Below are positions 54,420 through 61,497 of a stretch of 64,000 nucleotides of DNA, piece after piece. The position numbers and the translations under genes were made by a program. Positions within the stretch are counted from its first letter, which is position 1, and each line of letters starts with the position of its first letter. The stretch is taken from the IMG/VR virus record IMGVR_UViG_3300036985_006248, positions 64,001-128,000 of that record; one strand, given 5' to 3'. The DNA is from a virus. The notes below the pieces were generated by a model. The model searched no databases, was not told the DNA's origin, and saw only the letters and a program-made list of their open reading frames with translations.

Positions 54420-54899
54420 TTATCTGATATTGCTAATGGAGTTTTTTGCTGTGTCGTGTTTTGTCTTTAAAACATTTGATATTGATGAAAACATTGTATT
54501 TTCACGCTGCATAGCCATTTGAACCTGTAGCATTTGTGAGTTCTGAGCTGACATGCTGGCTATATCAGTATTATACTGACCTATACCGCCTGTAGCTGCC
54601 CCAGCAATTAAGTTTGGACCGCTACCACTGCCAGAGCTACCATTTAATCCTACAACGCCTGTAGCGGCGTATGAAGCACCAGAAGTGCCCCCGACTAGAT
54701 TGTTAATCGATGACACTGCTGCTGAAATAACCGCTCCACCGGGTAATGCGCTTCCCAGCAATGCAGCGCCTTGTGATACGGCAGAAGCTCCAGAATATAA
54801 AGCATCATTGACCTTTTCACCAAAGTTTTTTCCCTGTGTTTGTTTTGGTAACGTTACGTTCATTGAGAGACGATTTGGCATACTGATTACATTACTCAT
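54420..54899 (-). CDS. type III secretion needle/pilin (SctF)-like protein with Gly/Ala/Ser-rich extension
   Basis: C-terminus MLQVQMAMQRENTMFSSISNVLKTKHDTAKNSISNIR fits the needle-subunit C-terminal helix. Confidence 0.68.
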   Translation of the reverse strand: MSNVISMPNRLSMNVTLPKQTQGKNFGEKVNDALYSGASAVSQGAALLGSALPGGAVISAAVSSINNLVGGTSGASYAATGVVGLNGSSGSGSGPNLIAGAATGGIGQYNTDIASMSAQNSQMLQVQMAMQRENTMFSSISNVLKTKHDTAKNSISNIR

Positions 54900-54965
54900 A
54901 ACTGTTTCCTTTAAAAAAAAAGTACCTATAGTAATTATCGGAGAATCATTGAACTAGTTGCTTAA

Positions 54966-55175
54966 TTACAATATTTTTTTTAATTCTAGTTTCCATCCCA
55001 AGGCTGTATACTCATCAACCCAATTACGTCTATTATCGTTCCAATATATTATCCATCGTCGATCATGATGTCCGGTTTCTTCTACGACGATACCAAATTT
55101 CTTTCTCAAATCGTCCCAAAGCAAATCACCTGTTTTTATACTCAAGATATTACTTCTTTCTAGTGGAGATATCAA
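54966..55175 (-). CDS. GDL-family paralogue
   Basis: IKTGDLLW...FGIV...WIIYW. Confidence 0.65.
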   Translation of the reverse strand: MISPLERSNILSIKTGDLLWDDLRKKFGIVVEETGHHDRRWIIYWNDNRRNWVDEYTALGWKLELKKIL

Positions 55176-55422
55176 TATTTTCTTTTATCTCTTCGCCTAT
55201 AGTAACATCAATTTTATGCAGCGTCCAATATACGGAATCATATTTTTGTTTTATGTACTGAAGCTCAAAAAGATAATCTAGATTCATGTTTTCTGAAAAT
55301 GTCTCTCGTATATCACCATCGCTATCTATAAAAGCATACATCTTTCTCTTGCAAGTGCATTGTTGGTCAGGATATCCCGCGTCACAATACGCACAATTAT
55401 ACCATTTGGTTGCATCGTTCAT
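55150..55422 (-). CDS. hypothetical protein
   Basis: 90 aa ORF. Confidence 0.55.
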   Translation of the reverse strand: MNDATKWYNCAYCDAGYPDQQCTCKRKMYAFIDSDGDIRETFSENMNLDYLFELQYIKQKYDSVYWTLHKIDVTIGEEIKENIDISTRKK

Positions 55423-55628
55423 TAAAGAACCTTTACTTGCATATATTCGTATTCTTCTGCCTTAATAAATTCATCAAAAGAGTATGTTCTAACTTCTTCG
55501 GACTCGGTATCTAAATACGTAATATACGCATCCTTAAGAAAAGTCATCAGCTTTTTCTTATTTGAAAAATACCACTCTTCGGTAGATGGATAATGATAAA
55601 GTTTATAGATTTTCATTTGGCTGCTCAC
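55422..55628 (-). CDS. hypothetical protein
   Basis: 68 aa coupled ORF. Confidence 0.55.
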   Translation of the reverse strand: MSSQMKIYKLYHYPSTEEWYFSNKKKLMTFLKDAYITYLDTESEEVRTYSFDEFIKAEEYEYMQVKVL

Positions 55629-56086
55629 GACGCGACCTCCGTGCGGAAGACCTCATTGTGCGCCCGCTTCCACGTTGAGCGGGAAGGCACCTCCTCCTCG
55701 GACTCACACACGAGGTCACGAAGCGCCTCCCGCGGCCGGTCAATCTCAGCCAGCAGCACCTCGATGGCGGACGCCATCTCCTTCGGAACCGGGTGGACGA
55801 AGCCTCGCACCTGCACCATTGCCTCGGGGTCGCTGTGCTTCTTCGGGAAACAGCCTTTCGTCGGGCAGTAGAAGCCGACAGAGCCACCGTCAACCTGCGC
55901 CGCACCGCACCGCTCGCAGCCACCATCAGCCGCATCAACCTCGGGAATGGCTGCGATTGCGTCGAGGTAGCCGTTCAGCTCGGCGTTCTTGGCCTCCAGT
56001 TCCGCGACGCGGGCTTGTAACGCCGTAACCCACGGTGTGCCGTCCAAGCAGTCTTCACATATGCAATCGCTAAAGTGTTTGCTCAT
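55625..56086 (-). CDS. hypothetical protein, mostly encoded by a high-GC segment
   Basis: 153 aa; third codon positions almost all G/C. Confidence 0.65.
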   Translation of the reverse strand: MSKHFSDCICEDCLDGTPWVTALQARVAELEAKNAELNGYLDAIAAIPEVDAADGGCERCGAAQVDGGSVGFYCPTKGCFPKKHSDPEAMVQVRGFVHPVPKEMASAIEVLLAEIDRPREALRDLVCESEEEVPSRSTWKRAHNEVFRTEVAS

Positions 56087-56182
56087 AATTTTTAGTCCTT
56101 AAAGTAAATGTTATTGCGATCCATCCACGACCAGACAAGCAACAAAACTAAAATAGCTGTATCAATTCCAGCAGTATAATAA

Positions 56183-56455
56183 TCAATATCCATATCTTTC
56201 TCTATCTAGGTCGCCTGCCGTTTCTGGCGAAGCGAGTCTAAGTTTATACAATTCAGCACGCGCTTCATCGCGTTCTCTCATAAATCTCTCATCATTTTCT
56301 TCTTTTGCCTTTTTATATGAATCGCGTTCCTTACGCATAGTTTCATAATCATTAAGCAAATCAGATAAGTGTTTCTCGTCTGCAATATTCATAGTGCCGC
56401 GAGCTACCATGTTAATACAATTTTCATAAGCTGAAAGCTTTATCTTAGGAGTCAT
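56183..56455 (-). CDS. hypothetical coiled-coil protein
   Basis: ERDEARAE. Confidence 0.6.
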   Translation of the reverse strand: MTPKIKLSAYENCINMVARGTMNIADEKHLSDLLNDYETMRKERDSYKKAKEENDERFMRERDEARAELYKLRLASPETAGDLDRERYGY

Positions 56456-56697
56456 ATCACATCCTCTATAATCAAGGGGGTATCAAGTACAATCTTTCTA
56501 CAAGACTTTGACACGTTGTTCGAACCCTTAAAGCTCAATGAACAAGCCATTCTTTGTTGGTTTGCTACTTGATTAAGTAAATCACTATTTTCCTGCTTGA
56601 GATCATTGATATACATCATAAACTGATCTCGTGAAACAAAAAAATCATTTCCATTACATTCTTCCGCTACAAGGAAATGAATATCTTCATATTTCAT
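56452..56697 (-). CDS. hypothetical protein
   Basis: 81 aa, AAGGA SD. Confidence 0.6.
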   Translation of the reverse strand: MKYEDIHFLVAEECNGNDFFVSRDQFMMYINDLKQENSDLLNQVANQQRMACSLSFKGSNNVSKSCRKIVLDTPLIIEDVI

Positions 56698-56865
56698 GGT
56701 TTTATCCTTTTTAGCCTACCAGATGCTTAGTGCTTTTCCACTCAGTAATAATTTTCCAGAAGAGGTGCAGTAAGGTGTCTCCAATATACATGTAGTTTGT
56801 ATGCCATGCAACCCAAATCTTTTTTTCTTTATATATAAGAATACTGCCGATGGTAAAATCAGTTT

Positions 56866-57156
56866 TCATAACTTTAACCACTCCTCTAAATATTCTTTAA
56901 ACGCACTGATTTCTAACTCGCTATGTGAGCGTACTCTGTTTTCTTTATTATGAATAAAGTTATCGTGCCAATAGACTTTATATACCCCCGTTTCCGCATC
57001 GACATAGACTATTGTTCCACAGCAGAAATGATCTGTATTCCATCTTGAGTGGTATTTTGCTCTGACAACCATTTCACTCACTTTGTGCGTCATTGCCTTA
57101 TTCTTCTCCAATCCTTTTTCTATGATTGCCTTTGAATAAAGTTTTCGGCTTGTCAT
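56866..57156 (-). CDS. GDL-family-like protein (true start probably near 57093)
   Basis: HKVSEMV...GTIV...YKVYW. Confidence 0.55.
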   Translation of the reverse strand: MTSRKLYSKAIIEKGLEKNKAMTHKVSEMVVRAKYHSRWNTDHFCCGTIVYVDAETGVYKVYWHDNFIHNKENRVRSHSELEISAFKEYLEEWLKL

Positions 57157-57934
57157 AAAGAGAACTTTGCTCAGATGCTATATATTTTTTGTAGCTTTCC
57201 CAACTACTAATTTCATGATACCAAGGTAAGTCTATCACGGTAGCATCAGTTCTATCAAGACCTTTAAATACAGCAGCCAAATCATAATATCTTGCACTTT
57301 TTTCTGCCCATTCTTCTGCCTGTTTATGCTTAACAATATCGCGACAACGGAAAAAATCTTCAGCACCAAACGTAAATGGTATATGCAGATTATCTTTTAC
57401 AGTTTGTCCGTTATGCGAATATATGACATTCTTCTTTGAAGACAATAAGGCTCTATTTTCTCGGATGGATTCGTCTGGCATAATACCATATGGAAACGAA
57501 CAAAAGAACTTCTCTGGGGCTATCCATTTGCTTATAAAGTTTGATATACGGTAAGCACTATCGGCACCATATAAAACACTCCATCCAAGACAGTCGCGTT
57601 TTATCCTATCTTTTGGATGAATAGGAACATAATATATACTAATTTCTTTAACTTTCTTATAAGCCGTGGGCGTCATAATAAGATAGCATGGATCTAATAT
57701 TACGTCTCCGACTCGCTTTCTTACTATGGGCTGCGTACCCATATGTCCAACTACCCAAATTGTTTCGCACCCAGCCAGCGCACATTGAAATACTGCTCGT
57801 TCAACTGCTAGATAATCTTTTGATATTGGTATCATACTATCATGCCAAGGCATATTGAAGTCTAGTGGCTGTCCACCAATCGGTACAATGCCAGCTAAAT
57901 GCTGAATGTTGTTTTGTTTGTCTATTATTTCCAT
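57098..57934 (-). CDS. degenerate sugar-nucleotidyltransferase (GT-A / NTP_transferase-like) protein
   Basis: LAGIVPIGG...CALAGCETIWVV. Confidence 0.6.
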   Translation of the reverse strand: MEIIDKQNNIQHLAGIVPIGGQPLDFNMPWHDSMIPISKDYLAVERAVFQCALAGCETIWVVGHMGTQPIVRKRVGDVILDPCYLIMTPTAYKKVKEISIYYVPIHPKDRIKRDCLGWSVLYGADSAYRISNFISKWIAPEKFFCSFPYGIMPDESIRENRALLSSKKNVIYSHNGQTVKDNLHIPFTFGAEDFFRCRDIVKHKQAEEWAEKSARYYDLAAVFKGLDRTDATVIDLPWYHEISSWESYKKYIASEQSSLYDKPKTLFKGNHRKRIGEE

Positions 57935-57937
57935 AAA

Positions 57938-58684
57938 TTAGTATAGCATACTAATGCTGCTGGGCAAGTCTTTATAGATGTTTTTTCCTAAAGGGTATAT
58001 GTCACGTCTTAAAGGTGTTAACTTAGGAGGTAAGAAACATTCATTTGTTTTATCCCATTTACCTTTTATACCAGAAGCTTTCATGCTTTTGATAGTTTTT
58101 AATCTTACGATGCTTTGGTCATAATCACTATTGAGTAAATCAGCATCACTTATCTTCGATACTGCCAATAAATCTTTTTTGGTGATATTCTTATAAAACC
58201 GTGTTGATGGATAAAAATAGATCTTTTTAACAAAGTCTTCTTTTTCGTCAACTATAAAATCAAGCGGGTGTAAAACTCCGCGATTTACATCAAACCAATC
58301 GATTACCCAATTTTTATCATCTGTTTTACCAGTTGGCGGCGGTAGACCTTCGACTCCATAATCATCGCTGATTACTAAATGATTAAATTTTATTTTGCAG
58401 ACTAAGCTATATCTTGTGACAGCTTTTAAAATATTATCTTCTTGTAAGCGCAAAGAGACTATCTTATCACTAAATGGCAGCAACTGAGACATAGATAGAG
58501 CATATGCCATTTCATCCCATATAGCAATACTTCTTTGCCAGTTTTCTCTTTCATTGTACTTATAAGGTCTTAAAACTCTGGAATAAATTGCTGGGCATTG
58601 ATGTTCATAACAATAAGCCAACGCACCCAAATCGCTACCAATAACCAAACGGTCATAAGATAGTTCAAGGGTGCGCTGTATCAT
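57938..58684 (-). CDS. hypothetical protein (degenerate Rossmann-like N-terminus)
   Basis: YDRLVIGSDLGAL. Confidence 0.6.
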   Translation of the reverse strand: MIQRTLELSYDRLVIGSDLGALAYCYEHQCPAIYSRVLRPYKYNERENWQRSIAIWDEMAYALSMSQLLPFSDKIVSLRLQEDNILKAVTRYSLVCKIKFNHLVISDDYGVEGLPPPTGKTDDKNWVIDWFDVNRGVLHPLDFIVDEKEDFVKKIYFYPSTRFYKNITKKDLLAVSKISDADLLNSDYDQSIVRLKTIKSMKASGIKGKWDKTNECFLPPKLTPLRRDIYPLGKNIYKDLPSSISMLY

Positions 58685-58692
58685 GTGTGTTA

Positions 58693-59517
58693 TTATAATT
58701 CTTTCTCAGATCTTTGTTTATACATGTGTAGGGCAAAATCTACTGGCTTGGCCAACGAACCATTTGAGTATTCTTCACCTTCAGGAGCTTCGCTAATAAG
58801 ACCTGCCTTATCATAAAACATTAAAATCATCTCTTTTGGAATAAAGTTTTGTTTTTTTAAGAGTCTTCTTATGATAATATAGTCATTACCAGCTTTGCAC
58901 TTCTCAAGCATCTTATAAAGAAGTTCCGTCTTCGTCTCTTCATTAACAGAGTATTCTTTGGTGAGATATTTTTCTATCCGTCTCAACAAAAAATCTCCAG
59001 AATAATTATCTATACGAATATTCTTTTCTGTTTCTATTTTTTCCCAATCTTCAACCATCCAAACCTTCTTACCATCTGTTGCAATCTTACAATTAGAGAT
59101 ATCAAACCGGTTTAATACAGTTGTTGGACAACCAACGTTCTTGAAAATAAATTGGTGTTTGACACCATAAAGCATACCCTCGTATGCAAACCCACCAAAA
59201 CTGTTTGGCACACAAGGGCGAGGAGCAAGTTTTCCGTATACGTTGTCTAACTGACCTCCTAGCGCGAGAAACTTATCGACTGCTTTTTCACAATCTTTTT
59301 GTGTATAATAGAAGAAGTCAATGTCTCCCTTCTTAAGATTTTGTAAGTCCATAAGAGCAGTCTGTGCCGACGCATTCAAAATTACTTTTCTAAGGAACCC
59401 TCCAGCGATATAACCATTATCAAATAAGTGTTTGTAGCCGCTTCCATTATCAAAAAAATGAGGAAAGTCTGGAACGCTTTTAATCAACCAACTAATGTCT
59501 TTTTCAATGATGTTCAT
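58693..59517 (-). CDS. nucleotidyltransferase (poly(A) polymerase / CCA head-like)
   Basis: YIAGGFLR...DIDFF...RFDIS. Confidence 0.65.
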   Translation of the reverse strand: MNIIEKDISWLIKSVPDFPHFFDNGSGYKHLFDNGYIAGGFLRKVILNASAQTALMDLQNLKKGDIDFFYYTQKDCEKAVDKFLALGGQLDNVYGKLAPRPCVPNSFGGFAYEGMLYGVKHQFIFKNVGCPTTVLNRFDISNCKIATDGKKVWMVEDWEKIETEKNIRIDNYSGDFLLRRIEKYLTKEYSVNEETKTELLYKMLEKCKAGNDYIIIRRLLKKQNFIPKEMILMFYDKAGLISEAPEGEEYSNGSLAKPVDFALHMYKQRSEKEL

Positions 59518-59543
59518 GTAACCTCCAAGGAATAGACTATCGT

Positions 59544-59575
59544 AAAAAAAGAAACCCGTCAAGCTCAAAGACGGG
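59544..59575 (-). terminator. intrinsic terminator
   Basis: CCCGTC...GACGGG-TTTCTTTTTTT. Confidence 0.65.
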
Positions 59576-59603
59576 CTTTAAAAAGATAATTGTTGCACAT
59601 TCA

Positions 59604-60314
59604 TTACTTGATTCTTAATTCATTATATGCTTTGATTGTTTCTGGAAAAAGATCTTCAGATATCTTTAAGCATGCATTCGCTACTTGTGTTATTTCCCAT
59701 TGCGCGCCTTCATGAGAACGCAGTTCAATAAACTTGAATAAATTATTTAAGTTGACTGTCCCATAATATTCAGTATATAAGTTCTGCGGCAATACTCCCC
59801 GTGCCTGTTCTCGACAAACACCTGCTTTCATTAAATCTTCATATAGCTCAACTGACTGCCGATTGTGGTAAACCACCAACTCGTTAGCATACATCCCGAG
59901 ATTTTTGTTTCCTTCCAAAATGATTGGGTTAACAAGCTGTTGTGAGTTGCTAGCCTGCCGGTTGTTGGCGTGTTGAGTACGAAAAGACTTTGGTTCATAG
60001 AATTGCAGGTTTTCATCAGTATAACGACGAGAAATTTCGTTATAGCTCCAAGTGCGGTGCCTGTGATGCTGTGAACGAATAAACAACGGAACAACAAACT
60101 TGAAAGTAATCAAGTTGTGCTCAAGAGTTGAAGTGTGTCGATGTTTGATGAGATATCGAATAAGCTTTTTATCTTTTTCATCAAGAGCATTGTCATTATC
60201 TTGACCAAAACTAACTCGCGCACTGTTCACAATTTTTTTATCATTTCCCATATGCTCAACATATTGTACTCTACCGATGTTGTCGCCATATAAATAGATT
60301 GTATCGTTTATCAT
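59604..60314 (-). CDS. thyX: FAD-dependent thymidylate synthase
   Basis: RHRTWSYNEISRRY, REQARGVLP, AQWEI. Confidence 0.96.
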   Translation of the reverse strand: MINDTIYLYGDNIGRVQYVEHMGNDKKIVNSARVSFGQDNDNALDEKDKKLIRYLIKHRHTSTLEHNLITFKFVVPLFIRSQHHRHRTWSYNEISRRYTDENLQFYEPKSFRTQHANNRQASNSQQLVNPIILEGNKNLGMYANELVVYHNRQSVELYEDLMKAGVCREQARGVLPQNLYTEYYGTVNLNNLFKFIELRSHEGAQWEITQVANACLKISEDLFPETIKAYNELRIK

Positions 60315-60589
60315 CGATAGAATACTCCATATATTGCCGCTTCTGGCACAAGCAGGTAAACATTACCAAAAGCCTTTATTTCTTCAACCATGTTAGCTGG
60401 AACTAAAACGAGATTATTAACTGAATCGACATAAGGAGATCCGCTTGACGCAGCAAGCAGCCTTACAACTTTGTGAAGTTCTTTAGTCTTGTAGTCGTCT
60501 GGCAGAATGAAGCCAGAGGATTGACCCTCTGGCTTTTTTTCTTCTACCATTTCGACCAAGAGATACTTATTTTTTGGACGAAATTGCAT
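60311..60589 (-). CDS. groES: co-chaperonin GroES-like protein
   Basis: FRPKNKYLLVE...GFILP...YLLVPEAAIYGV. Confidence 0.7.
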   Translation of the reverse strand: MQFRPKNKYLLVEMVEEKKPEGQSSGFILPDDYKTKELHKVVRLLAASSGSPYVDSVNNLVLVPANMVEEIKAFGNVYLLVPEAAIYGVFYR

Positions 60590-60602
60590 TTTATATCCTT
60601 CT

Positions 60603-60863
60603 TTACTTGACTTTATTAAACATGTCTACAAACTTATCAATGTCGAGGTCACCATGCTTGGCGAAGTTATAAGCCTTGGACACATACTTCATATCTTCCT
60701 TCGACAGCCAATCATTCTCAACATAATTCTTCTTCAAATCAGTCTTCTGCTCCTTAAAAGGTTGCATAGCCTGCTCAACAGCAGCAATAGCACGAACAAA
60801 ATCCTTAATACGTTCTTCCTTGGACTTCGGCTTATCTGTTACATTATCAACGCTGTATGACAT
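60603..60863 (-). CDS. small DNA-binding protein (T4 DsbA / GapR-like)
   Basis: helical 86-aa protein, FVRAIAAVEQAMQPFKEQKTDLKK. Confidence 0.45.
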   Translation of the reverse strand: MSYSVDNVTDKPKSKEERIKDFVRAIAAVEQAMQPFKEQKTDLKKNYVENDWLSKEDMKYVSKAYNFAKHGDLDIDKFVDMFNKVK

Positions 60864-60873
60864 AGTGTTTTCC

Positions 60874-61128
60874 TTATGGGGTTATATGCTTCTGAATTTC
60901 TCCAGAAAGTTCGTTGTACTTCTCCTCTAATGTACCATGTGCTTCTGCTTCTTGCAACAGATCTAAATCTATTTTAATTCCCACTTCTTTATTATCCACT
61001 AGGAGCTTACGGAAGAAAACAAAGTCATCGGGCGAATAATAAGTTTCATATGAAAATCTTACAGTGTGTTTAGAACGTTTTGATAATTCATTTTCTAATA
61101 CTTTTTGATTAAACATAGAACTCTCCAA
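60874..61128 (-). CDS. hypothetical protein
   Basis: 84 aa ORF. Confidence 0.55.
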   Translation of the reverse strand: MESSMFNQKVLENELSKRSKHTVRFSYETYYSPDDFVFFRKLLVDNKEVGIKIDLDLLQEAEAHGTLEEKYNELSGEIQKHITP

Positions 61129-61224
61129 AATAAAACAGCACTACGGTATTGTTGTACCATAGTGCTGCTCACCAGTTAAGGAGAAATAATATTAGCTTTT
61201 CTTTTTGCGATTACTGGTTCAGAC

Positions 61225-61473
61225 TTATTCTTCTTCTTCCGACTCATTCATATCGTCTGCTGCTTCTCTGTCAGCGCGGTAATCGTTATCTTCATGGTCA
61301 GAATCTGGGTTGCTTGGTGTTTTTGTCCCATAAGTTGCCGATACTTTCTTCCCGTAACGCATTTTTACTGGCTTCTTTGAAGGAACGGGCGCTTGTTCTT
61401 TTTCGCTTTCCTCGATGGCTTTTTGCATTTCTTCTTTAATAAGGTTCTTCAAATAGTCTTTTGTAACTTTCAT
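61225..61473 (-). CDS. acidic hypothetical (possible head-internal) protein
   Basis: MKVTKDYLKNLIKEE. Confidence 0.7.
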   Translation of the reverse strand: MKVTKDYLKNLIKEEMQKAIEESEKEQAPVPSKKPVKMRYGKKVSATYGTKTPSNPDSDHEDNDYRADREAADDMNESEEEE

Positions 61474-61497
61474 TTTTTTATTTTCCTTTGTTATTTC

